Shown one piece after another: positions 11,450 through 22,416 of a stretch of DNA of 64,000 nt (its first letter is position 1; each line of letters starts with the position of its first letter). Made by a program: the position numbers and the translations under genes. Source of the DNA: Epithemia pelagica (lineage: Eukaryota; Protista; Bacillariophyta); assembly GCA_946965045.2 (NCBI GenBank), contig OX337240.1:1116001-1180000 (forward strand). Reading direction: 5' to 3'. The notes beneath the pieces are model-generated. The model worked only from the letters and a program-made list of their open reading frames with translations, did not search any database and had not been told where the DNA came from.

Positions 11450-14400
11450 TCACCATCCTTGATTCAGTTTCCGAATCCTCTCAAAAACATCACGGCAGAG
11501 TCCTTTGGTAAGATAGTCTGCTCGTTGCATCGTTGTTTCGATCTTGGAGATTCTAACTGTTGCATTCGTCCCTTTCACAGCTTCCCAGAACCAGTGGTAT
11601 TTGTTGTTGAGGGATCTGGAACGGGACGAGAGGCGCTGGTTGTTGGCAAGAAGATACGCGCTGTTGTTGTCCTCATGGACTTCAGCAAAGATGGTTGGGG
11701 AGTCGGTGCCGAGGTCAAGGTGGTGGTTGATCTCGAACAAGATGTCTTGGAGCCACACAACAACACGCATGCTTTGCGAAAGCGCGACGTATTCGGCGTG
11801 GAAGGTACTGGTGGCAATCTCACTTTGGAGCTGAGATTTCCAGACCAAGGGACAGCCGCCAAAATGGATGATGTATCCAGTGCGTGATTTGGCACTGATC
11901 GGTTCGTCCTCGGATTCACGGCCATGGAGGCCCATGAAATCCGCATCCACATAGCAATCAACCTTGAAGGCGGTTGTTGGCCGAAAAATTGTTCCGCAAT
12001 CTACAGTTCTCCAGAGGTATCTGACAATCATTTTGATGGCTTGGGCATGGGATTGTTTCGGGTTGGTTGAAAAGCGAGCGACTTGGGAGACAGCAAAACT
12101 GATATCTGGCCGTGTGTTGGTGGAAAGGTAAAGGAGCATGCCGACGATGGAACGATAGTTCCATTTTTCTTTCATCGGTGGTCCGTCAGGGTCACTGCCA
12201 AGGCACACTTGGGAGGCTGGCACAAAGTTGCCATTGCAATTTGTCATGCCTGTGGCCTCAGCGATCTTCTTAATGAGCCCTGGTTGGGTCATTGTAATTG
12301 TTCCATCTTTCCGAGTGAAGTGGATGCCCAAGTACTCAGCAAAATCGCTGTCCACGGAGAGCTCGAATCCTCGAGCCTTGAGTCGTTTCACAAATTTGTT
12401 GATTGCGTCCATCGTCGGAGCGATAATACCACAATCATCCACCCAGAGAAACACCATCATGTTTTCCTTGAGGAAGACACATTCGTCGAACTTGCTCTGG
12501 GTGAAGCCATCATCGAGCAAGGCTTGTCGGAGACGTTGGTACCATAACCGAGGTGCAACCGAGAGTCCATAAAGGCTCTTGTGGAGTCGGAGACAGGTTT
12601 TGGTGGTCTTGGTGGAGGAGAAACCGCGCGGGATATGGATCCAGACAGGATCTTTCAACTCGGCCTGAACGAAGGCATTGTTGAAATCGATGCAGACCAT
12701 TGCCCAATTGCGAGCCAGGGCAAGTACCAAGGCGATACGAATCGAGGCCCAGTTGACGACGGGTGAGTAGGTGTTGAAATCACCTTCTTGAAGATCGCCG
12801 CGGACACAATATCTGGCCTTGTATTTCTTGATGGTTCCGTCTGGGTGGCGCTTGCGCTTGAAGACCCAGGTGCCAGGGATGATTCTTGATGTTGCTTCTT
12901 CCTCTGGAACCTCAGTCCATGTACCCTTGTTAGTTAGTTCTTCAATTTCTACTCTAGCCGCTTCTCTCCAATGGCCGATATCCTTGTCTTGTCTTGCTTG
13001 TTCGTAGGACAGAGTGTCTGGATCTGAAATGGCAACCTTGAATCCACTGATGTCATCGAATTCGGCTTGATTGGCGACATAGGATTGTTGGGCGGCGTCC
13101 ATATTCTCGATGAGACGACTTGGTGAACGACGGACACGGTTGGATCGTCGAGCAGATGGTGCGTCGGAAGGAGGATCGCTTGGTGGCTCCCTCTGAGAAG
13201 GCGGCTCCCTCTGAGAGGAGGGCTGTCTCGAGGAGAGCGGCTCCCTCTGAGGAGAAGAGGGATTGGAGGCTGGTGCCATGCGGAGAGGCGACAGTGGTGC
13301 TGGATTCTCCCTCTGTTCCGAGTGCACGGGGACAGGAGACGACGGGGAAGGCAAAACGAGCGGTTCCGAGAAGGAAACAGCAGGTTTGGGCCTTGGAGGT
13401 GTCGCCGCGCGCGGAGGGACATCGCGCACTGGCGTGTTCGGAGGTGGCACGGGAGGCGGAGAAGGGAGTGGGTCACTAACCGACGGGGCAAGACGAGACG
13501 AATCAATTGTGGAGGGCTGGGTGGTGGGGTTGTCTGGGGGAGTTCTGGGGACAGGTACGGCCGGCGTGTCAACAGAAAGAGGTACAGACGGAACAGTTCG
13601 TTCCATAGACGTAAAGATATTATCTTCAGAACGATGGTTGACAGCAGCAAGTGGTGCACTGGTGACAGTGTCGTCCACACAGTCATCGTTGTCATACCCC
13701 GGTGAGTGCAGATGATTGGTCATGTCGCCAAAGACACGGTCAAGTCTTGAGATGTCTTCTGTGTTGTTGGTGTCTGCTGGAGTCGGCACCGTTGCAAACC
13801 AATCGTCGAAGACGACATGGTACTGCGGTGTGATGGCGCCCGTGGAAAGATTCAAGACGAGTGGTGCTGTGGTGGCATGGTTGGGAGAAAGTCCCATGTT
13901 CATCCCTCGTTGTGATCTTGGTTTCCATCGAGGCAGTTTCTTACCGTCTGCAATTCGTTTTTCCAGGACGTACACGGGAGCTCCCCAGACATGAAGATCG
14001 TGCAGCCGTTTTTGGGGCCATCTTGTCCTTGAAAAGATATCGTGGGGCGAGACGCCAGTGGACGGATTGGGAACGTGGTTGAAGACAAAGACAGCGTGAG
14101 AGACCGCCATGGGCCAGAGGGTGGGATCCGCTGTGTCAGGCCAGTGGATGCTGGCGTGGAGCATCATCGTCCGCGCCATCGACATGATGGTTTGGATGGC
14201 TCGTTCAGCGACGCCATTCTGGTGATGGGCGCCTACTCCAGCATAGGACCGAATCTGGGCAAAGGTTTCAAGTTGCTTGGTGTAGTCTTGTGCGGTGAAA
14301 CAGCTGCCGTTGTCAGTGTGGTATCGTTGGGGAACGACACCCACGTCCTTGCAACGTTGCTCGAAGGTAAGTTTGGCATTCAGAGTCTCGTGAGTGTTGA

Positions 14401-16366
14401 GATGCGCCTGAAAAACCACATCGATGTGGCCGCTGGCGTGATCAACAAAGATGCATCCTCCTCAAAGCATTTTTTCATCTTTAGTCTTTCCTTTCGACGT
14501 GAACAATCTGCCCTTCGTGGAGCAAATAAAGTGGTCCACCGACACACTTTGGCCCGGAAACAGGTCGTTGTTTTTGAGGGCACCGTCACGGTCGAGAACT
14601 TTGGTGACTGTTTGTCCTGGTGTTGACCGTTGTCGTTGCTTGCCGTATTGACAGGCGGCACACATGGGCGGACTCCGTAGTTTGCAGATGGCTGTGTGCA
14701 ACTGACGGTTTGACGCAGAACGCGACAATACACCGGATTTGAAAAGGAATTGGATGGTTCGAAAGTTCATGTGGCAGAGTCGTTGGTGCCACCGAAGCCA
14801 TTCCTTCTGTGGTTCGGTCAGGTTCAAGTTTCGTTCGTGGACGACGGTGACAGTGGTCACGAGTGCTCGGATGGATCGGTGGATTCCATCTTTTCCATAA
14901 CCATAGCAGGTCGGAAGGTTGTTGGTTGGATTGATGGTTGCAAAGACCGGGGTCCGAGTGGTGTCGTCTTGTATCCCGCTGAGGGTCAATCCGCAATCTT
15001 GAAGGGTGATGGTTTCTCCGGGGTATTGTTGAAGAAGATGCGTTGTACTCAACAATCTGCAATTGGCTGATGGGACGAATAAAGCCAGGAGTTTGAGGGT
15101 GCGGAGATTGCCTCTGGTGTCCATGACGGACCAGTGGACGGTGCCGAGTCCGTTGATTGGGACGCCTTGGGCAACACCTTTGAGTTGCAGGTCTGGTCGT
15201 ACTTTTCGGATCGATCCAACAAAATCGGATTTGGTGTTTGACACAGCAATACTCGCTCCAGAGTCCCAGATGATGGGGAAACTGGATGAGTTTTGGTTTT
15301 CCATGGCGGATCTGAACTTGGCTGGAGCTTGGAGGGCCATTTTCAAGGCTTCACTTTCTCCGAGTTGGTTAATGAGGGCACAGAGTTGAGGTTCGGAGAT
15401 GGAGTCTTGATGGGATGGTCCATGGGTGTGCTGGTGGTTGCCTCGTCGTTGACGTCGTCGGTGTTGATTGGAACGGTTTGGATGGCGTGCCCTCTATGGA
15501 GCACCATTGTTTGATGGACTCTCTCCCTCTGGTGTGGAGCAGAGGTTGGGGTAGTGGTGGATCCACCATGTACGAAACGACGCAACAAACCATTCGGCCA
15601 GAGAAGAGCATGCACGTGATGAAGCATGGCTCATCATTGGGTGTGCCCAAGGGTGCCGGCGAGGATGGAGATGGTGTTTGGAGCGGGGAAGGAGCCGATG
15701 TGTGAGGAGAAATTCACCAATCCACGAGAGGGTCAAGGGAATACAGCAGCCATAGTACCACAGAAGGTGGAAAAAGACGGTTGGTTGGAGCCATGAAAGG
15801 GAAGCCACGATAAGAGCAGAAAACGAAACAGTCAAACTGAATTGGGAGGCCAAGGGATCTTGGTGCCGATTCCGAGGATATCGTGGTCGGGAGACAGGGG
15901 GACGCCTCGACGGTGGTTGTTTGTTTGGTTGGTTGGTTGGTTGAACACATGCTAAGTTGGCATGAGGTTCGAACTTAATTCGTTTGCTCGGGGGTGTATC
16001 TGGGATGCACGTGTTTTCACACTGCATTTGGGTGGCCGTGTAGTGGGGATTGGTGGCCATTTCCCAGGTGAAGGTGTACTGGATGCTCAAAGGAGGATCG
16101 AGGGCACCAAGCCTGGAGTTGGGGACGGATTCATCATGGCGGAGGGTCTCGAGATGGAAGCGGACACTTGTTCGGGCTTGCTCGAGTTGGTCTCGGAGAG
16201 GAGAGAGCTGGGAAAGGTCTTCTTCCTTGTTGATGGCCGTGTGCACATGGATGAGTCGTTCGACGGCTCGTTCCATGCATTGGATGCGGACTGCTGGATC
16301 GTCGGTGTCGAAGGTACAACGGGGACGGGTCGTGTGAGACGGAGGTGAAGATGGCACAGCAGTTGG
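11450..16366 (-). pseudogene. pol: Pol region of element 2 (hydrophobic linker, PR, IN, RT, RNase H) with in-frame stops
   Basis: WDSGAS (PR), WHQRLCH/CAAC, FVDHAS, HTDNG, QNGVAER, WVDD, YVDADF, HEDN. All one frame, with TAG at 15494-15496 and TGA at 14462-14464. Confidence 0.9.
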
Positions 16367-19300
16367 CTAGACCGGCGAGAAAAGACCAAGGGCATTCGTG
16401 CGAGGGGTGGTTGGCTCGGCTGGCGCTGCAACTGCTGTTCGCCACGCGTCAAGATGGCGGTTGAACGGAGTTAGAGGGCGGGCCGGTGGTGCACGTGGGG
16501 GGGTTCGGTCTTGGGGAGTACTGATGTCAGCAGAGTCGGTGGTCACACTAATACTACTTATAACAGATACAGTAGATGAATCCAAATTTTCGGCTGGTGT
16601 AGAACCAGTGGCTTCGTCGGTGTCAGAAGCCAAAAGATCGTAGGATGACTCGTCGTCATTCGAAGGTGGATTCGAAGATCCGGTTGGTTCCCTACTGGTG
16701 TTGCTGGGAACAGCAGCATCAGATGGGGCATCGGTGTTGTCCTGGGAGGTCGGTCCGCCATTGGAGTGATCGTCTCGATCGGCATCGTAATGTGGATCGT
16801 GATCGTCTTCGGGAGGAGGACCCGGGGAGTCGTCATCGTCGACGGTGTCGTCGTCCTTGTCATCGGCGGAAGTGTTGTCGTTGTCGTCATCATCAGGATC
16901 ATCAGCGGTAGTGGCATCGGCTGGAGCTTGAGGAAGGGAGATGATGAGGGCGGTTGGCGCTGGGACGGGAAGTGACACTTCGGTGGTGGTGGTGGCAGCA
17001 GTTTCGTTGGCGGTGGTTGCCGTGGTGGTGCTGGCACCGCTATTGACCGTGTACTCCTCGAAGGAGGACGCGTCGTCATGGTGGTGATCATGATGGATGG
17101 CGTCGTCGGGGTCGATCGGGGTGGTGTCCTCCCCAAGGAAAGGAAAGTTAATGTATTCCAAGGGGAGGCTACCACAGTCGAATTCAAGGGCCATGGCCGA
17201 CGGATGGCCGAAAGGACGGCTGAAGGGGACGAAGGGACGGTTGGACGGCGCGGTGGGATGCGGCGTCGTTGGGATGTGGCGGAAGGCAGTTTCGAAGTTG
17301 GCTTCGCGTCGGTGGTCCGTTGAAGTGGGAGTGTTGTGCACTCGAGTGGGAACGGAAGTGATGGACGAGTCGTTGGTGGTGTTGGCTTGTCGGTCAAGAC
17401 AAGGGGAACGGCCATGGGGAGCTGTGGACAAGGACAAGTTGGAGATGTCGATGTCCAGGGCGTCGATGTTGCCTGGAGTTGGAGGCAGAAGGATGCTGCG
17501 AGTGGAAGATGCAACAGAGGTTTGGTCATGGTGTTCGTCGTCGTCGTTGTTGTTGTCGTCTTCCGCAAAGGGTTTGCCGTCGTCACTCGAATTATCAGCA
17601 AGGCCAAAATAACAATCAACGGTGTCGGAGTGATCACCAAAACAATCAACGACAGTGTTTTGTTCAATCCACAGGGGAGCATCGGCACTTGGAGAGGAGT
17701 TGGTGCTGGGTGGTTTGGAAGACGACGAAAGGGAGACGGCGTCGTCGTCGTCGTCTTCTTTGTCGGTGGGGGAAAACTCATCCCAGAAGGAGTCAGGGAT
17801 GGAGTTGGAGGAGTTTTCGTCGTTTGCGGAAGGAGGGGACGCGTTCTCGTTTTCGGTTTCGTCTTGGTCGCTGCATTCGACGCAAACGAGCTCGTCCATG
17901 TCGATGACCGCAGCCCAGGCGGAGGGGTCAAAGTCGACGGCCAGGGTGTGGGCTTGGGCTTGGCGGTTGTTTCGATTGTTGTTGTTGTTGCGGCGCCTGT
18001 TGGGAACGGGGCCATTGTGGGTATCGGTGGTGTGGGTGGGCGTCCAACGTTCGCAGATACCACACCAGTTGTATGTTTTGCCATCGCTCTGTTTTTGGGT
18101 TGGTTGGTCGCCGGTGGGTGCGATTTTCTTCCAGTTCGTGGAGGAGGAGCTGTTGTTGCTGCGGTTGTTGTTGTTGCGAGCATTTCGTCCGCCTTGGTTG
18201 CCTCTTCCATCACGGCTGCCACGGTTGGATCGTTGCTGGGAGTTGGATTGGGAGTTGGAGCGACGGTTGGAGTTTTGCCCGGAGTTCTGCTTGGAGGAAC
18301 GCTGGGGGCAATCTTTGGCCCAGTGATCTTGGGCGCCACAAATCAGACAGGCTCCTTTTATGAAAGCACCACCCATGTGCTGCCGAAGGGCCATTGCTTG
18401 AACTTCGGTTAGTTTGCCGAAGACTTCGGGGGGAACCTTGGTGTCCTTGTTGTTGCTCGACGGTGGCCAGGAGCCGCGGTTGATTGCATCAGAATACAAG
18501 GAGTCGGCCTTGTCGCAGATATCTTTGAATGACAGTTCGGCGGCTTCGAGATCGGCTTGTTGGTCCTGGTCCGATTTGTAACGGACTTCAAGAATCTTGG
18601 CTTGGATGAGCGGTTGGAGACTCAACAATCCAAGGTTGTAGAGGCTGTCTCCATTCGCAAGAGAGAACGCTTCTAAGATGCCAAGGGTCAAGGTTTGTTT
18701 GTAAAACCCGGAGGCAAACAAGTCTTCGCAATCTGCTTTCATGTCGGCCGCCATTTCCGTGATGTTTTGGCCGGCGTACATGAATGGGGTCCTGGAGGCA
18801 ATCTTGGCGGCGAGTTGGTCATACTTGGTGACTGAATCAGACTGAAGAATGCTGATGAAAGTCATCCAGGTAAGACAAAACGAGTCGTTGGAAGAGGTCT
18901 TGGTTTCAAGTCGCTGGCGGAGCTTGAGGTCGACGGATTCCAAAAGGCACAGACGAGCAGCCGTGTTGTTTTCGGCGTCATATGTGTCAAACTGTTGGCA
19001 ATGGGCCGCTGCGTTCTGTTGGACATGGCGCAGGGTGAAGCGAGTGTGCTCCTTCACAATATGGCGCATGCGGGTGTTGTCAGCGGGGTCAAGCATGTAG
19101 GCAATGGTGTCCATGCCGCGGAGAATGAGTGTCTCGTCGAGACGCTTCATGAACTTGTGGAGGTTGTCTCCTTGGCGGAAACAATTCGACAATCCACCAC
19201 AGCGGGTTTCGAAACCCGTGATGTCCTTGCCGAAACGACGTTGGTGAAGGGTGCGGGGAAAGGGGGTGGTTCCATTGAATGTGGCTGGATCCAGGCCTTT

Positions 19301-19549
19301 CCAATCCGCTAGGGGCTTGCCACCAGTCCAGGCAGCCCATTTATACTCATCGAGTTGGACTAAACTGCCCATTCGAGGGCTTGGAGGCTTGAACAGGACG
19401 CGTTCGGTTGGTGCAGGGGCTGGAGGAGCAGTGGGAGGCGTGGTTCCTTGGGTGGAGGAGTCGTCGGCACTTGGCTCAGCGGATGGATCGCTGGTGGTTT
19501 CTTCTTCACTGTCCGAGAGGAATTGGATTTCCTCTTCGATGGGGAGCAA
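16367..19549 (-). CDS. gag: Gag of element 2 with a long acidic low-complexity extension (1060 aa)
   Basis: Gag core, CCHC knuckle CLICGAQDHWAKDC, second motif WCGIC...H...H, then about 500 aa rich in D/T/P/S. Confidence 0.85.
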   Translation of the reverse strand: MLPIEEEIQFLSDSEEETTSDPSAEPSADDSSTQGTTPPTAPPAPAPTERVLFKPPSPRMGSLVQLDEYKWAAWTGGKPLADWKGLDPATFNGTTPFPRTLHQRRFGKDITGFETRCGGLSNCFRQGDNLHKFMKRLDETLILRGMDTIAYMLDPADNTRMRHIVKEHTRFTLRHVQQNAAAHCQQFDTYDAENNTAARLCLLESVDLKLRQRLETKTSSNDSFCLTWMTFISILQSDSVTKYDQLAAKIASRTPFMYAGQNITEMAADMKADCEDLFASGFYKQTLTLGILEAFSLANGDSLYNLGLLSLQPLIQAKILEVRYKSDQDQQADLEAAELSFKDICDKADSLYSDAINRGSWPPSSNNKDTKVPPEVFGKLTEVQAMALRQHMGGAFIKGACLICGAQDHWAKDCPQRSSKQNSGQNSNRRSNSQSNSQQRSNRGSRDGRGNQGGRNARNNNNRSNNSSSSTNWKKIAPTGDQPTQKQSDGKTYNWCGICERWTPTHTTDTHNGPVPNRRRNNNNNRNNRQAQAHTLAVDFDPSAWAAVIDMDELVCVECSDQDETENENASPPSANDENSSNSIPDSFWDEFSPTDKEDDDDDAVSLSSSSKPPSTNSSPSADAPLWIEQNTVVDCFGDHSDTVDCYFGLADNSSDDGKPFAEDDNNNDDDEHHDQTSVASSTRSILLPPTPGNIDALDIDISNLSLSTAPHGRSPCLDRQANTTNDSSITSVPTRVHNTPTSTDHRREANFETAFRHIPTTPHPTAPSNRPFVPFSRPFGHPSAMALEFDCGSLPLEYINFPFLGEDTTPIDPDDAIHHDHHHDDASSFEEYTVNSGASTTTATTANETAATTTTEVSLPVPAPTALIISLPQAPADATTADDPDDDDNDNTSADDKDDDTVDDDDSPGPPPEDDHDPHYDADRDDHSNGGPTSQDNTDAPSDAAVPSNTSREPTGSSNPPSNDDESSYDLLASDTDEATGSTPAENLDSSTVSVISSISVTTDSADISTPQDRTPPRAPPARPLTPFNRHLDAWRTAVAAPAEPTTPRTNALGLFSPV

Positions 19550-19723
19550 GGTGAAGCTTCCTAGGGAACGGGGAGAGTCGTCTTCACGTGGGGAGGACGA
19601 CAGCTTGCAAGGGAGGGGGCGGCCGGAGGGGAGATTCAGGCGGCGAGAGGGTTCGAACGGATAAGCAAGAGCTTAGAGGCAAAGGATGCGTGAGCGGGTA
19701 AGGCAGTAAAGGGCGTAATAATC

Positions 19724-20102
19724 AGTCAAAGTACACAGGATACTCTGTAGTAGCTAGGGTCAGTACCTATATTGGCGTGGAGGTGATCAAGTCTCCACGA
19801 CAATACACTAGAGAAGTTGTTTCACAACTTTCTGTTTGTTGATACTATAAGCTCTAGGTTTAGGAACTACATTCGATTCCTCATTTGATTCCTCATGAGG
19901 AATCAATTCCTCGTTTACTCATGGAGGTTAGCTTGGAACCATTGATGCCAATGGCTAGAGCTTGGTTACTATGCGACGGGCAAGGCCTTCTCTGGTAGTA
20001 AGGCATTGCTCTTGGATACATAGTGGGGACACGATTCTATGTCTCACAGATTCGAATCGTGACTGCCATATCGCCTGTCCGTCACACTGATTAACCGCGA
20101 CT
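19724..20102 (-). repeat. 5' LTR of element 2
   Basis: Direct repeat of 11030-11408; no differences found by eye. Confidence 0.95.
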
Positions 20103-20107
20103 CCTGG

Positions 20108-21199
20108 ACACGTCTGATTCATGATTGCTTCGAAGGACTTTCAGCCGCCATGGGGGGTCTCAGGAAACTCGGAGCGTTGGAATTGATCCTTCCCGATTCC
20201 GCCACCCTGTTACAAATGTCCTTTTTGGCCAGTCATTCCTTGAAACAAGTGGAGGCAGGTGTCGAGACTGTTGCCGAAATGTTTCGTGACTATCAGCAGC
20301 ATGACTTTGCGGATAGTTCCCCTACGATACCCTTTTTTCAAATGATTGCCATTTTGCGAGGATCCAATCAAAGACCCACACTGTTGAATGGCTCCTTTTT
20401 GCCACAAAAGGAATCACTCATTGCCCAATGGCGGGCGGATGGAAATGAGCAGGCTTTGCAAATGTACTATTTGTGTGGAGCGACATTGGGGTTGTTTTTC
20501 AATGACGTGTATCAAGCGAACGACCTGTGCAAAGCCTTGTCGTCGACCGATTCGGAGCGTCCGGCCGATTTTGTCTTGCCCTTTCGGGTCTTTGTCAAGG
20601 GTTGTGTCGGATATTTGCTTTCCCGTCGTTCCAAAAAGCATTGGAAAATGGGGGAAGCGGCCATGAAACAATTCAATCGATGGATGCAAGATGGTCAAGC
20701 AAATTGTACTCACTTTCGAATGATTCTGTACGCCCTACGAGTGTCGTACCGATCCTCGTCGTCGAGCAGCGCATTGAGTGAAACACAACGACGACGACGG
20801 CAAGCCTTTGATGATGCGATTGACCAATGTGCTCGATGTGGTATGTTTCAATTCCAAGCATTGACGTGTGAATTGGCGGCGCGAACCTTGTTGTCGGAGC
20901 AACGACACAACGGGCGCACCACGACCACGACACTCCAGCATGTTCAAGCCAATCGTTACTTGGCACAGGCTCGAAGCCTGTATCAAGAATGGGATTGTCA
21001 GGCCAAGGTAGAGCATCTCCATACATGTAACCCGGCCCATTTGGAATGTCAATCGGAAGTATGGACGCATGGAAGTGGGAGTACCAGTCGATCGTCGTCC
21101 ACCTTTGTGTGGGGTGGAAGCGATGCCACTACTACTGCTTCGGGTCATCACGCGTCGCTGATCCTCCCCCGATTTGCCAGCGCGAGTGCTCGAATGTAG
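20108..21199 (+). pseudogene. STAND-like ATPase gene, part 3 of 3 (C-terminal helical repeats)
   Basis: After TSD removal it reads IDPW|TRLIHDCFEGLSAAMGG in frame. FDDAIDQC...QALTCELAA...YLAQARSLYQEWDCQAKVEHL is the typical family C-terminus. Confidence 0.88.
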
Positions 21200-21700
21200 A
21201 AAGAAAAACCAACTCGGTTCATAACTCATAATAATCACTAAACCCACTGTATCCTCCTCGGATTACTCTAGTCTTGTGGAACCACAATCAATGTACGACT
21301 CGTGGCTTGAAACGACACTGCAAGCTCCGAATGAGGCTGGTCCTCGTCGTGGACCAGTGTCTTCAAATCTTGCTGCTCCTCCTTTCGTTGCGCCTCGTTT
21401 TGGGAACAACCGTCCTGGCTCTCATTGCTTCTTTGTGACGCCCTCTGGGTATCTCCGGATAGAGCGCGGCTTTTGGATTCCTTGGTTGGTTGTGTGTGTT
21501 TTGCAACCAACTGACTGCCACCACCAGAGCAGGCGCGCATTCTTTTCTCGTCACAGACTCTCCGTCCTTCGTGTCGCAACTCGCTTGCGTGTTCAAACTC
21601 CATCTCCCCCTCCTCTATAGTTTGGTGTCATGTACCAGGCACCAGCGCACGTTCGGGTGTCTTTTTTGTTTCAGGAATCATATTTTTTTCATCCTCATCC

Positions 21701-22021
21701 TCATCTTCCACCACCACCATCGGCATTGTCCAGTAGATAGAGCGCATAGCGGATACTAAAATATAAAAACAGGATGCATCCCGTCAAAATCAAGCAATCG
21801 AGGCACTGGCAGGCAATGCACTTGACCGAAAATCGTGGTCGATTGACATCGGGATCGGCTCGTACCAAGACATGTTCTCCTCGACCATGATGATATTCGT
21901 AATAATAGTGATAATTCGCCGCAGGATCGTCGTCGTCGGTCCTACTACCAGGAACAGGAGGAGGAGGATGGTAATGCGGAGTGGAAGGAGGCGGCCTTGA
22001 CATGATGTATAGTAAGGCCAC
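21701..22021 (-). CDS. Possible small membrane protein (106 aa)
   Basis: ATG start, Pro/His-rich N-terminus, one hydrophobic span LDCLILTGCILFLYFSIRYALYLL; no family recognised. Confidence 0.35.
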   Translation of the reverse strand: MALLYIMSRPPPSTPHYHPPPPVPGSRTDDDDPAANYHYYYEYHHGRGEHVLVRADPDVNRPRFSVKCIACQCLDCLILTGCILFLYFSIRYALYLLDNADGGGGR

Positions 22022-22416
22022 TGGAGAGAAATTGCCTCGCTTCCAGCAGGTATCTCCCCAGGAGTACGAAAATCCCGTAGTTCAGAGGGGAAGAGAGCAG
22101 ACAAGAAGATTCTCCAGCGTCGTCTCCTGTAAGTTTATAGCTCTCTTTGTCTGTGTCGCTGTGATTGTGTTGGCTGTCTCCTCCTTCTGCCATTGTGCCA
22201 TCCCTTTTTTCTTGCCGAAAATTGTCATTGGTGAAGTGAATCGCTCTTAGGACGCTTGTTGACTCATATCCCATTGAGAAGGGGCAGTCGCGTTTTCTCG
22301 CATCGCCTCCACCACACTTCCAACTTCCAACCCATTTTTTGATACTACCGATTGGATCATCTATCATCTCACATGGACGATCTTGACCGGACCAACCAAA
22401 CACAGAACATTCCACC

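Larger units (their letters stand above)
11030..20102 (-). mobile_element. Ty1/Copia LTR retrotransposon 2 (CoDi-like), 9073 bp, non-canonical termini
   Basis: 379-bp LTRs that appear identical, TSD CCTGG at 11025-11029 and 20103-20107, minus-strand gag-PR-IN-RT-RH, PPT CAAGAGGGAG (minus strand of 11409-11418). Confidence 0.97.

Noticed and set aside
16558-18412. Long alternative-frame and antisense ORFs (593 aa, 358 aa) in element 2 gag
   Set aside because: Shadows of low-complexity codons that lack stops in other frames.
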